A stretch of DNA of 64,000 nt from Promethearchaeota archaeon (GTDB taxonomy: Archaea > Asgardarchaeota > Lokiarchaeia > Sigyniarchaeales > SOKP01), in NCBI GenBank assembly GCA_016840165.1, contig JAEOSU010000072.1, positions 270,566 to 334,565 of the forward strand. The letters run 5' to 3'. Numbering within the stretch: the stretch's first letter is position 1; every line of letters starts with the position of its first letter. The notes under the pieces are model-generated. The model was not told the origin of the DNA, did not search any database, and was given only the letters and a program-made list of their open reading frames with translations. Both the position numbers and the translations under genes were made by a program. This document shows positions 27,989 to 38,109 of the stretch, in pieces.

Positions 27989-28858
27989 ATGCATACTATG
28001 ATCATAACTCCAAAACCTAAAGACCATGAGGTAACTATTCTCACGAAAGAATTTAATAAAAGGGGGTATAGTGTTGAATTTTTTATCCCTGAAAAAGTAA
28101 AGGTTAAGATAGGTTCGAATTATTTTGGGAATCTTTTTGATTCATTAGAACCTAGGGCGGCATTAGTGAGAGGTTTTGGGGCTGCGGAGACTCAGAAAAT
28201 CTTTTTTAGGCTCGATTTATTGAGTGCAATGGAAGAATATGGAATAAAACTTATAAATTCCAGAAATTCTTTGGAAATTTCAAGTGATAAATTTTTAACC
28301 TCCTTATATTTAGAACACCATAACATTTCTACACCAAAGACTGTCGTATGTGAAGATCCAGATGAAGCACTTGCTTCTTTTGAAGAGCTTGGAGGTGATG
28401 TTGTGATAAAACCCCTATATGGATCAAAAGGGATAGGAATTACGCGATTGACGGATATAGGCTTCGCAGAAAACGTGATTTATTCCTTAGCCGAACTGAA
28501 TCAAATTTTCTATCTTCAAGAATTTGTCGAGCATCAAAATCGGGATATTCGCATCTTAGTAATAGGGGATAAGGCTATAGCAGGAATGTATAGAGTTAGC
28601 GATAATTGGAAGACAAATATTCATGCAGGAGCACATATGGAGCCAATAGAGCTAACGAAGGAGTTGAGAACGATTGCATTAAAATCGGCAAAAGTTACAA
28701 AAACAGAAATTGCGGGAGTTGATATTATAGAGACTGAGAAAGGGCTACAGGTGCTTGAAGTAAATTCAATTCCTGGTTTTACAGCGTTACAAAAAGTTAC
28801 GGATATCGACCTTGCTGCTGAGATTATATCATATTTTCTTGATAAAACAAAATCATAA
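27989..28858 (+). CDS. RimK/MptN-family ATP-grasp alpha-L-glutamate ligase
   Basis: SSDKF, TPKT, VIKPLYGSKGIG, QEFV, DIR, WKTNIHAG, LEVNSIPGF; ATG 27989 follows GAGG. Confidence 0.85.
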   Translation: MHTMIITPKPKDHEVTILTKEFNKRGYSVEFFIPEKVKVKIGSNYFGNLFDSLEPRAALVRGFGAAETQKIFFRLDLLSAMEEYGIKLINSRNSLEISSDKFLTSLYLEHHNISTPKTVVCEDPDEALASFEELGGDVVIKPLYGSKGIGITRLTDIGFAENVIYSLAELNQIFYLQEFVEHQNRDIRILVIGDKAIAGMYRVSDNWKTNIHAGAHMEPIELTKELRTIALKSAKVTKTEIAGVDIIETEKGLQVLEVNSIPGFTALQKVTDIDLAAEIISYFLDKTKS

Positions 28859-28894
28859 AAAAAAGAATTATTTGATTAATTTGTTAAAATTTTT

Positions 28895-29242
28895 TTACAA
28901 ATCTTCAATAAGTCCAATTAACGCAGCGATAACTAGTAGAACACAAGCCCAAATACCTGCTTGAAATATTACTAATAAAATACCTAAGATGAGTAATACC
29001 AACCAATGAAATGGAAGTGGTTTATCTGGTTTTATTCCAACTAATAATGTAAGAATAACTATTACAAGTCCAATTATTAATGTTAGAAATCTTTCCAGGG
29101 GCAAGAAATCAGGCACGATTATTGGAACAAATCCAGATCCCGCTAAACTAGCAAATCCAGAAATTATCCAGACAAGACCGACTATACCACCAAGTATGGT
29201 TAAAAACTTCATTATTCCTTCATTTTTATAATGTTTTGCCAT
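28895..29242 (-). CDS. Small integral membrane protein
   Basis: Four hydrophobic segments. Confidence 0.65.
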   Translation of the reverse strand: MAKHYKNEGIMKFLTILGGIVGLVWIISGFASLAGSGFVPIIVPDFLPLERFLTLIIGLVIVILTLLVGIKPDKPLPFHWLVLLILGILLVIFQAGIWACVLLVIAALIGLIEDL

Positions 29243-29425
29243 TTTTAATCGACCATTAAGTATTAATTATTAATTATAAGATAATGAGAGATAAAAATGT
29301 ATTATATTTTATTATAAAGAATCTATTTTATACAGCAAGGTCGAAAACCCTAACATTTTCAATAAGATCACAATAATATCTGGATATTTCCAATTTTTAA
29401 ATAAGTTTTATTCTGCAAGAACTAT

Positions 29426-29596
29426 GTGATTGAAGATAAACTATCTAAATTTAGATACGAATTAGCAATTGCGAATAAATTAATGAAGAATCAATATGCA
29501 GATCTCGATTATTATGAGGAAATCATATCTCACCTTAAAAAGATGATCCTCTTTTATGAGAGATTAAAAGTTTGGAAGGACATTAGTAAAGTTTAG
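29426..29596 (+). CDS. Small helical hypothetical protein (56 aa), below ORF-track cutoff
   Basis: GTG..TAG frame MIEDKLSKFRYELAIANKLMKNQYADLDYYEEIISHLKKMILFYERLKVWKDISKV filling an otherwise empty gap. Confidence 0.5.
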   Translation: MIEDKLSKFRYELAIANKLMKNQYADLDYYEEIISHLKKMILFYERLKVWKDISKV

Positions 29597-29613
29597 ATAG
29601 TGAAAAAAAAAAT

Positions 29614-30222
29614 TTAAAGCGCTAATAAATTCAAATTAAATTCATTTTTTAATGCTTGATATATTTTATGCATCGGTAAGCCTACAACATTAGAGGGAGA
29701 GCCTTTAATTTCCCTAATAAGCATACTCGCTTTATCATTGACGGAATAGGCTCCAGCTCTTCCCTCCCATTCTCCAAGATCAATATAATCTCGAATTTCT
29801 TTATCAGATAATTCCATAAACATTACTTTAGTTTGATCGAAATCTCTAATTATTTTTGCATTATTGATCTGAGTTATTGCGATACCAGTTATTAAATTAT
29901 GGGTTTTATTATTCAAAGTTTTTAATATATCAAATGCTTCATCTTTATTTTTAGCCTTACCAATTATTTTACCTTCAAATTCCACAATTGTATCGGCAGC
30001 AATAATAATAGCACCAGCATAATCATTTTTAGTTCTAAGTAAATTGTTAGCTTTAATTACTTTAATTTCAGCTAAATTTATAGCCAATTCAATAGGATCT
30101 TTAAATTTATTTTTATATTCGTCTTCATTGACGTTCGTAATAAGAATTTCAAATGGAATAGCTAATCGTTCAAATAATTCTCTTCGATCAGCAGATCTTG
30201 AAGCAAGAATTATCTTTTTCAT
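29614..30222 (-). CDS. maf: Maf-family nucleoside triphosphate pyrophosphatase
   Basis: IILASRS..R, IAADTIV, GK, AGAY, NVVGLP. Confidence 0.92.
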   Translation of the reverse strand: MKKIILASRSADRRELFERLAIPFEILITNVNEDEYKNKFKDPIELAINLAEIKVIKANNLLRTKNDYAGAIIIAADTIVEFEGKIIGKAKNKDEAFDILKTLNNKTHNLITGIAITQINNAKIIRDFDQTKVMFMELSDKEIRDYIDLGEWEGRAGAYSVNDKASMLIREIKGSPSNVVGLPMHKIYQALKNEFNLNLLAL

Positions 30223-30378
30223 GTCATATATACGGTTTATAGTCGAATAATAATAAATAATAGGATGAAATGAATTGTAAATGTTTCGAGATAAATAAAA
30301 AGTAGATAAACTATTTTAATTAAGATCCTTAATTAAAATTAAGAGAATAGAAATAATTGGATAATGGGATAATGTAAT

Positions 30379-31491
30379 ATGGTCTACTTTACACTAATTT
30401 TTATTTTGATATTAGTTTCCTATTTTAGTGTTATCTATGCTTATTCACATTATTCAAATAAACATGACGTTATGAATAATCTGATTGGATTTATAGCTCT
30501 TCTTACGGTCTTTTTTCACATCTTATTATTAGAAATCTTAATGTATCAAGATTTTACACTTCATCTTGATTTAGTGCCAGGATTCTTATTTGGATTTAGT
30601 TTTCCAATTGCAATAAATCTTTTATTAATTTTGAGCACATCATTTCTAGTAATTCTATTTAAGAAATGCTTTAAATCTAAAGATCTCAAGAAGTTCCAAT
30701 CAAGGATGGAGTTAAAATTAGCAGAAAGGAGTAAGGCGAGAAGTGATACATACCGTAAGATACCACATATTCTAATTTTTATTGGATTATTGGTATTATG
30801 GCTAATTGGGGCTGTCTTTGTGAATAATATGAGTGGATCGACCGAAGGAATGATTCCCGTTGAAAATAACATGTTTAAACTCTACATTCAATTAATAACT
30901 ACATCAGCAAATACGAAAGATGTACTCTTCTCTTTAGGTTGGTTTTATTATTTGTTATTCTTTTTTTTTTACATCTTCTGTATTTTTATGCTATTTAATG
31001 AATTAACCCGAAAATCGAAAAGAGTATCTTATCCTTTTAACTTCTTTTGTTCAATGTTTTTATGTGAAGATGAAAGAAATAGCTATGGGACATATCTTCA
31101 TTTTTCGATTGGTTTAATGTTCACTTCATTAATTACTCCCCCAATGGTATTACTTTCAATTTTAGGGATATGCTCAATTTCAGATTTAATGACTAGTCAA
31201 ATCGGAATTCGGTTTGGTAAAAACCATATCAAATGGAACCAAGATAAAACCTGGGAAGGTGCTGTTGCGGGAATATTATCTGCATTCATAATTTGCTTTA
31301 TATTCGTCGGACCGGTATGGGCATTAATTTTTACAGCAGTTTTTTTTGTATTTGATATTTTTACTATGAAGCCACTAAAAGTTTCAGACAATCTAATTGT
31401 ACCGATTGCGTGTGGCATTTTTTATTTATTTATTAGATTCTTTTTTAATTTAGACTATGTAATTACATTTATGGAATTATTTGGAATTTAA
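30379..31491 (+). CDS. CTP-dependent polyprenol/diacylglycerol kinase family (dolichol/phytol kinase-like)
   Basis: RKIPH, SD...SQIGIRFG, KTWEG, SDNL..P; multi-TM. Confidence 0.75.
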   Translation: MVYFTLIFILILVSYFSVIYAYSHYSNKHDVMNNLIGFIALLTVFFHILLLEILMYQDFTLHLDLVPGFLFGFSFPIAINLLLILSTSFLVILFKKCFKSKDLKKFQSRMELKLAERSKARSDTYRKIPHILIFIGLLVLWLIGAVFVNNMSGSTEGMIPVENNMFKLYIQLITTSANTKDVLFSLGWFYYLLFFFFYIFCIFMLFNELTRKSKRVSYPFNFFCSMFLCEDERNSYGTYLHFSIGLMFTSLITPPMVLLSILGICSISDLMTSQIGIRFGKNHIKWNQDKTWEGAVAGILSAFIICFIFVGPVWALIFTAVFFVFDIFTMKPLKVSDNLIVPIACGIFYLFIRFFFNLDYVITFMELFGI

Positions 31492-31552
31492 AATGATTAA
31501 AATTAACAAAAATAGATATTGCGACTAAAAATTTTTATTTCATTCAACTTTA

Positions 31553-32596
31553 ATGATTAAAAACATGTTATTTCTGCCAACTACCATCATTTATTGTACA
31601 TTTTCAATCGCTACATTAGTCTATACCCTTAAAAACCGAAAGTTAAAGATTCAAAACCATAATTTCTTTAATGAACTACTTATCATCATACTACTACTAA
31701 ATGCTGGAATTTTTTTCCCTTTTATGTATCAATATCATACGCCAGATATTCCATCAAATGTATTAGAAATGCTATGGTTATACTCATCCTTATTATTTAT
31801 TATAGAAATGACTGTATGGTTTCTAATGTTAACATATAACACAGTAAAGTCAATTAGAAATCCATCTCTTATTGTAAATCGTGATTATGAGAGATATAAA
31901 GAAGAAATACTGAATAGTTGGAGTGATAATATAAAAGATGAATTTGGGAGAAAAATCCTACACATATTTACTTGTTCGGTAGTTTTTATCTTTTGGATAA
32001 TTGGAATGGTTCTTGAACAAATAGGATTTTTGGAAACAATCAAATTAGACATATATAATTTTTCTTACTGGTGGATAATCACCATTGGTTATGCATTTGT
32101 TTTTATGTTTCAAATTGCTGATCTTGCCCGCCTTAACTATTTCTATAGTCTACCAAAATGGGCGAAAAAATGGTATTTATCAATGAGACCTCGTGAATTA
32201 GATACATTTATTGCCTCTACTCCATTAGTTTTATCATTTGTACCGTTTGTTTTTGCCCCTTTTCCTATTTTTGGCTCTGTTGCATTAATTGCTACGGTTG
32301 CGGATGCTGCAGCCTGCTTAGTTGGTAAGAAATTTGGGAAACATGCTCTTAAAAAAGGATCGGATAAAACAATTGAGGGTTTTATTGCGGGAGGAGGGTC
32401 AACATTTATAATTGTATTGATAATGATGATCTTATTTAATCAATATATTAATGTTGATATGGTTAAAATCTTTTTTATGGCCATAGTTGCGACTATTCTA
32501 TTCCTTATAGTAGATTATTTTATAGTTCATATATCGGATAATATATTAAATCCCTTATTAACGGGTTTTGGGATGTGGATAATATATTTGCTCTAA
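31553..32596 (+). CDS. CTP-dependent polyprenol/diacylglycerol kinase family paralog
   Basis: RKILH, ADAAACLVGKKFG, KTIEG, SDNILNP. Confidence 0.75.
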   Translation: MIKNMLFLPTTIIYCTFSIATLVYTLKNRKLKIQNHNFFNELLIIILLLNAGIFFPFMYQYHTPDIPSNVLEMLWLYSSLLFIIEMTVWFLMLTYNTVKSIRNPSLIVNRDYERYKEEILNSWSDNIKDEFGRKILHIFTCSVVFIFWIIGMVLEQIGFLETIKLDIYNFSYWWIITIGYAFVFMFQIADLARLNYFYSLPKWAKKWYLSMRPRELDTFIASTPLVLSFVPFVFAPFPIFGSVALIATVADAAACLVGKKFGKHALKKGSDKTIEGFIAGGGSTFIIVLIMMILFNQYINVDMVKIFFMAIVATILFLIVDYFIVHISDNILNPLLTGFGMWIIYLL

Positions 32597-32601
32597 ATGT
32601 C

Positions 32602-32895
32602 TTATCCTCCAAAATAAAGATAGAGAAGAGTAACATCATCTTCATTTTTTAATATCATATCTAAAAAATTGTCGCCTCGAAAACTCCTTCCATTGATAAT
32701 AATTGAGAGAAATGAACTAAACTCACCTTTTTTTTTCTTATCCCAAATAAGAGCATAAAACTGTTCTCCATACTCATTTTTAAGAGATTCTAATAATTCT
32801 CGTACCGTAATTTCCTTTTCAAAATTATACTTTTTATGAAGAGTTTTTGTTAATTCATTAAATGGAGGTTCAAATGAAAGAGAAATTGAAATCAA
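32602..32895 (-). CDS. MoaD/ThiS/SAMP ubiquitin-like sulfur carrier
   Basis: TVRELL, IIINGR, LKNEDDV, C-terminal GG. Confidence 0.85.
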   Translation of the reverse strand: MISISLSFEPPFNELTKTLHKKYNFEKEITVRELLESLKNEYGEQFYALIWDKKKKGEFSSFLSIIINGRSFRGDNFLDMILKNEDDVTLLYLYFGG

Positions 32896-33142
32896 TGTAT
32901 TAAATTCTCATTTTAGTATTTAATCTTAAGTCTATTGAATTAGGGGGGGTTTAAATTTTTGATGATTATTTTATATACGCCATTAAATAATATAGTAAAG
33001 TAAAAACTCTATAATGAGCATAATCTAGTTATGACATTCAAGGCAATAAGAGTGATATAAATTGGTTTTTGTTAAAGTTTTAACAATTATATTATAAAGA
33101 GAGTAAAGATGTATTGTTTAATGAAAAGTTTAGGGAAATATT

Positions 33143-34156
33143 ATGGCTCAAGTAATTTTTATCTCAAGTAATAGTGTGCGGGATGCATGGCTTTCTGCTT
33201 TAGTTCAAGTTTTGTATAATGGGGATGATATTAAAACTGAATATGATAAAGATAGTGATCCTCCTTCTAAAGATGCTTCAGTTCTTATAGAAATTAAGAA
33301 CCCTTTACATGATCCGATAATGCGAAGGGATAAAATTATGAAAATTAAATCAAAATATGGAAATTTATATGAAGTATATGGGTGCATAGCTGATACTTAT
33401 TTAATCGGTTCAATTCAAAGTGGTTATATCGAAGAAATCTTAGAAGGAGTCAATGATCATTATATATGGGATTCTGGTGTGAGCTTCCCATACTCATACC
33501 ACGACCGAATATTCAATTATGCTCCATTCTCGTTGGAAGACACCATTCATGTAAATTATGATTTAGAAATTGTTGATAAAGATTTTGTCAAGAATCACCA
33601 GAAATTAATCCATTCCCAAAAAATTATTAATACAGATGAAGGATTAACATGGAAGCTAAAAAACCTTGTTGATTATAATCTTGATAAAGAAATCTCACAG
33701 CAATTACAAATTGATAAAATCCCGATTGGTGTAGTAAATTTTCCAAAAATCAACCAAATAGAATATATTATACAAAAACTAAAAGAAAAACCTTATTCTC
33801 GCAGAGCACAAGCGATTACTTGGAGACCACTTGTAGATCCATTTCATTCCGATCCACCTTGTCTTCAACGAATTTACATGCGAGTTAAAGATGAGCAACT
33901 TATTATGCAAACAACGTGGCGGAGCCGAGATTTATTTCGAGCATGGGAAGCCAATGTAAATGGAATGATCAGAATACAAAAGTATGTAGCCGATCAACTA
34001 AATGTAGAAGTAGGACATTATTTAGATTTCAGCAACTCTTTACATATATATGGAAATACAATTGATGAGCTCAAGGATATGTTAAAACGTATGAAGAATA
34101 AGGGGGAATATTTTCCAGAAGAGATTAAAGATTTGATTGAAACGGAAATCAAATAA
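33143..34156 (+). CDS. thyA: Archaeal-type thymidylate synthase with internal insertion
   Basis: YSYHDR, NQIEY, SRRAQAITW, PPCL, WRSRD, ANVNG, SLHIY. Confidence 0.85.
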   Translation: MAQVIFISSNSVRDAWLSALVQVLYNGDDIKTEYDKDSDPPSKDASVLIEIKNPLHDPIMRRDKIMKIKSKYGNLYEVYGCIADTYLIGSIQSGYIEEILEGVNDHYIWDSGVSFPYSYHDRIFNYAPFSLEDTIHVNYDLEIVDKDFVKNHQKLIHSQKIINTDEGLTWKLKNLVDYNLDKEISQQLQIDKIPIGVVNFPKINQIEYIIQKLKEKPYSRRAQAITWRPLVDPFHSDPPCLQRIYMRVKDEQLIMQTTWRSRDLFRAWEANVNGMIRIQKYVADQLNVEVGHYLDFSNSLHIYGNTIDELKDMLKRMKNKGEYFPEEIKDLIETEIK

Positions 34157-34161
34157 TACTC

Positions 34162-34926
34162 CTATCCCGAAGAGAAAATACGAGGAAAGACATTTTTCGT
34201 ATTCTCTAAGATTCTTTCCTCTACGTCTTCATTATTAATTTTTTTTATTGAAGAGATGTGGTTTACAACATCTTTAATCATAGACGGAGTTCCAATTTCC
34301 CCAGAGAATTTGACAGGGCCATCACTTTCTAATAATAAATGATCTATATCTACTAATGAGACCGTTTTTTTCACAGCGGGAGAATATATGATTGCGGGTG
34401 TTATTGAAAAATAATATCCTCTATCTATCCCAACTTTGAGATATTTTTCCGGACCAGAATACCAGTGAATGTTAACTTTAGGGATCTCATAAGAAGAAAG
34501 AGTATCAAAGATTAATTTTTCAGCGCCTTTACTATGAAGATTAACCGGTAATTGTAATTTTTGGGCGAGTAAAAGCATAGAAATAAAAATTTCTGTTTGA
34601 AGTGGATATAATTCTTTATCTTTAATAAAATGATGATCTAAACCAATCTCACCGATGGCGCATATTTTAGACTGATTTGAATTTATTAAATCAACAACAG
34701 ATTCAAGTTCTGTTTCTAGATTTTCATTCATTCTGACTTCTTCAGGATGAATCCCTAGAGCAGGATATATAGAAGCATATTGTTCTGAAATCTCTAATAT
34801 TCTCTTCTGACTTAATGCACTCATCGCAACTGCTATTATTTTTTTAACTCCAGCCTGGTTTGCTTCATGAATGACCTCATCAATATTCAAATATAAGTTC
34901 ATATGGCAATGAACATCAATTAACAA
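34162..34926 (-). CDS. tatD: TatD-family metal-dependent nuclease
   Basis: IDVHCH, GIHP, IGEIGLD, LHS, HWYSG, LLESDGP. Confidence 0.9.
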   Translation of the reverse strand: MLIDVHCHMNLYLNIDEVIHEANQAGVKKIIAVAMSALSQKRILEISEQYASIYPALGIHPEEVRMNENLETELESVVDLINSNQSKICAIGEIGLDHHFIKDKELYPLQTEIFISMLLLAQKLQLPVNLHSKGAEKLIFDTLSSYEIPKVNIHWYSGPEKYLKVGIDRGYYFSITPAIIYSPAVKKTVSLVDIDHLLLESDGPVKFSGEIGTPSMIKDVVNHISSIKKINNEDVEERILENTKNVFPRIFSSG

Positions 34927-34974
34927 ATCGAAAACCCTTTTTAAACAGTTTATAGAATATATTAAGATATTTAT

Positions 34975-35319
34975 TTAAAGCTGACTTATCTCCTCTCTTA
35001 ATTTAACAATTTTCATTACAAGTTTAAATTTACCATGGGGATACTCTTGGTTCTCTAAATAATCCTTTAACGTTTCTAATTCTTTCAATAAATAATTTTT
35101 GATATCTTCTTTAGTAACAAAACCCAAAATTTTAGGAAGAGGTTTAAATTTTTCTACCCTTTTTACTCGAAGGTCTGATATGGTTTTTGCAAGCTGCGCT
35201 TGAAAGCCCTTTGCTTCAGAAATATCGGTTCCGTCTAGCATATCTAAAGAAGTTTGTAAACCGTCGATAAATGCTTCTAAGTCTTTAATATCGACTTTTT
35301 TATCATTCATAATCATCAC
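34975..35319 (-). CDS. Hypothetical helical protein
   Basis: ORF with GGTGA motif at its start. Confidence 0.65.
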   Translation of the reverse strand: MMIMNDKKVDIKDLEAFIDGLQTSLDMLDGTDISEAKGFQAQLAKTISDLRVKRVEKFKPLPKILGFVTKEDIKNYLLKELETLKDYLENQEYPHGKFKLVMKIVKLREEISQL

Positions 35320-35409
35320 CAGTGAAATTTTAATAAATCAGCTTGAGTTATAATGAGTTTTTTGTATTCATATTTTTTAATTAATTATTGATAATATAGA
35401 TTACTATTG

Positions 35410-36183
35410 TCAATCATGTAATAAATTAATTGAATTAAACTCTTTAAAAATTGTTTCAGCTAACGATTTCAATACCAATGTTTTCAAATTCTCATTATGA
35501 ATACGAATCCTATCAGAAAATTCAATTTGCATAGCTTGGCTATTTTTAATATTACTCGCACCATATTTTTTTGTTATATATCCTCCAGAAAGGACATATT
35601 CGCGTCTTCTCTGATGACCTGGAGCAATTGGTATTTCTAGTTCTAAAAACTTCTTAACAATCTCCCCTCGAATATTTTTACTCCAATCTTTTTTTTTAAG
35701 TGCCTTTGCATATAGAGATTTAAGGTTATTAGTACCAATTATAATATCTACGTCACGAAATCCTTTGGGACGGCTTTTAGTTTCAAATCCGTGAATATCT
35801 AATATTAATGATCTATTAAAGGTTTCAATATTATAATTAATATATTTTCTTAGAGTACCATGATAAAATTGATAAACATTTTTAGCTAATACCGAACTTT
35901 GGTCAAATGCTTTCTCTATAGGTCGGTTTAAATCTATTTTATTTCGTGCAATATTGCAGTATATGATAGATGGTTTTTCTATTTGATAATTTCTATCGCG
36001 ATAGGTATTTTGAATGTGTTCTATTAACTTTTGAGCCAGTGATATTGTATTTTTATCAATCCCAAGTATACCACTGGAACGTGTAGGGATCTCCTTACAA
36101 AATACCTCCCCACCATGAGGTACCGATAAAATGAGAGGTATAGATCCTTTTTTATGGATTATATATTTACTTAAATCCTCCAT
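35410..36183 (-). CDS. N-formylglutamate amidohydrolase-like Zn hydrolase
   Basis: LSVPHGG, IDLNR, FYH, LDIHG, GGYIT..YG, AMQIE. Confidence 0.75.
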   Translation of the reverse strand: MEDLSKYIIHKKGSIPLILSVPHGGEVFCKEIPTRSSGILGIDKNTISLAQKLIEHIQNTYRDRNYQIEKPSIIYCNIARNKIDLNRPIEKAFDQSSVLAKNVYQFYHGTLRKYINYNIETFNRSLILDIHGFETKSRPKGFRDVDIIIGTNNLKSLYAKALKKKDWSKNIRGEIVKKFLELEIPIAPGHQRRREYVLSGGYITKKYGASNIKNSQAMQIEFSDRIRIHNENLKTLVLKSLAETIFKEFNSINLLHD

Positions 36184-36249
36184 CTTTAGATCATAATTAG
36201 TTCTTAGTTCATTGAATTACATATTTTAAAAAAAATTAAAAAAAAGATA

Positions 36250-36702
36250 TTAGGAACCAAAATATACAGCACGAAGGATAATAAAAACACCTAACCATAA
36301 TCCAAAACCTATAATTCCGAAGATATAATAGGCCCAAATGTGCTTTCCTTTCGTAAAGATTAAATGACAAAAAAGCCAAGAACTTAATGCCCCAATTACC
36401 CCAATTATAATGTCAGTTGTAATGTTTTGCCAACTATCCAGTCTTCCTTCAAATTTCCACCCAATTTGAATAAATAATAGATTTTCCAATAATTCCCAAG
36501 CAATTAATATGATAAAGGTTAGGATAAAAACAAAAAGTAGGGAAAAAATTGGTGTGTGGCCCTTGTTTTTCGGAATTGTATAAAATAGGCTAAAAAAGAG
36601 AAAGACCCCGATTCCAAAACAGAGGTGACCGATTGAATAAAAATCTAGCCAGCTAACACCTACTTCCTCAATTGTTTCAGCAATAAACTCATTTAATAAC
36701 AT
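36250..36702 (-). CDS. Membrane protein with putative intramembrane metal-binding motif
   Basis: D.YSIGH, WELLEN, DSWQN..TD pattern across four TM helices. Confidence 0.65.
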   Translation of the reverse strand: MLLNEFIAETIEEVGVSWLDFYSIGHLCFGIGVFLFFSLFYTIPKNKGHTPIFSLLFVFILTFIILIAWELLENLLFIQIGWKFEGRLDSWQNITTDIIIGVIGALSSWLFCHLIFTKGKHIWAYYIFGIIGFGLWLGVFIILRAVYFGS

Positions 36703-36817
36703 AATTTTTCACGTTTTCCTTAAAATATCTTTTTAGATAACTTATAAATTTAATTTTGAGAGTATATTAAATATAAAATATTAGTCTTTTAAATTTAACA
36801 TTATTTAGTGTCTATCG

Positions 36818-38101
36818 TTGACCGAAGAAATTGCTTTTGTTGCTTTTTATCAGAAGGAAAATATCTATAGTTTTAATGCATTAATAGGAGCAATTGAAAT
36901 CGATGAGGATCTAAAAGATATTGTTATATATTATGTACGTGGTAAGCAAGATTTATTTAAAGAGTTAAGAGAGATTAAGAAAAAGCATCAATTAGTGGTT
37001 TTGGGTATTTCATTTTTTACTACCCAATTGTGGGAGATAAATACTCTGGTTAAAGCCCTGAGGAAAGAGTTCTCACAAAAAATTATAATTATAGCAGGAG
37101 GACCTCATCCCACAGGGGATCCATTAGGCACCCTCTTAATGGGTTTTGATTTGGTTGTGGTAGGTGAGGGGGAGGAGACTATATGCGATTTACTTAAAAC
37201 TATGAAAAATGATAAAGATTTTGACCAAGTTAAAGGAATTGGTTATTTAAGTTCAGAGGGAGAATATAACTATACAGGTAAGAGAGCAATAATCGATTTG
37301 GATATGTTTCCCCCATTTCCCCTTATAAATACTCAGTTTGGTGCTATTGAAATCACACGAGGATGTCCATATATTTGCTATTACTGTCAAACACCATACA
37401 TTATGGGTACTCAGCCAAGACATCGAAGTGTTGCAGCTATATGTAAATATGTTAAAATAATGAAACGAGAAAATTTAACTGATATCCGTTTTATTTCTCC
37501 AAATGCATTTTCTTATGGATCGAAGGATGGAAAGACTATTGATATCAAAAAAGTCGAAGAATTATTACTTAATGTAAGAAAAATCATAAATAAATCGGGG
37601 AGGTTATTTTTTGGATCATTTCCATCAGAAGTGAGACCGGAGCATGTCACAAAAGATACTATAGAATTAATATTAAAATTTGCCGACAATGATAATATCA
37701 TTATAGGAGCTCAATCTGGGAGCCAGAGAATGCTAGATCTATGTCATCGAGAGCATTCTATAGAGGATGTGATTAATGCTGTGGAAATATCAGTCGATGC
37801 AGGTCTTAAGATAAACGTTGATTTTATTTTTGGATTACCTAATGAAAATGAAGATGATATAAAGAAAACGATTGAAATGATGGAAATTATAACCAAAAAA
37901 GGAGCTAAAATCCATACTCACGCTTTTATACCCTTACCTCAAACTCCATTTGCCCGGAAAAAAGCAACACCTATAAATGAAAAATTTAAAAAAGTAATTA
38001 GTGATCTAAATTCAAGAGGTTTAGCATTTGGTGAGTGGAAAAAACAAGAAAAATTAGCTATCAAGATTTCTCAATATCTCAGACAAATAAGACGGTTATG
38101 A
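36818..38101 (+). CDS. B12-binding-domain radical SAM protein
   Basis: AGGPHPTG, GEGE, EITRGCPYICYYCQ (CxxxCxxC). Confidence 0.88.
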   Translation: MTEEIAFVAFYQKENIYSFNALIGAIEIDEDLKDIVIYYVRGKQDLFKELREIKKKHQLVVLGISFFTTQLWEINTLVKALRKEFSQKIIIIAGGPHPTGDPLGTLLMGFDLVVVGEGEETICDLLKTMKNDKDFDQVKGIGYLSSEGEYNYTGKRAIIDLDMFPPFPLINTQFGAIEITRGCPYICYYCQTPYIMGTQPRHRSVAAICKYVKIMKRENLTDIRFISPNAFSYGSKDGKTIDIKKVEELLLNVRKIINKSGRLFFGSFPSEVRPEHVTKDTIELILKFADNDNIIIGAQSGSQRMLDLCHREHSIEDVINAVEISVDAGLKINVDFIFGLPNENEDDIKKTIEMMEIITKKGAKIHTHAFIPLPQTPFARKKATPINEKFKKVISDLNSRGLAFGEWKKQEKLAIKISQYLRQIRRL

Positions 38102-38109
38102 GATTTCGT

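Noticed and set aside
33521-33748. Intein in thyA
   Set aside because: No terminal His-Asn followed by Cys/Ser/Thr, and the insert is too short for a mini-intein.
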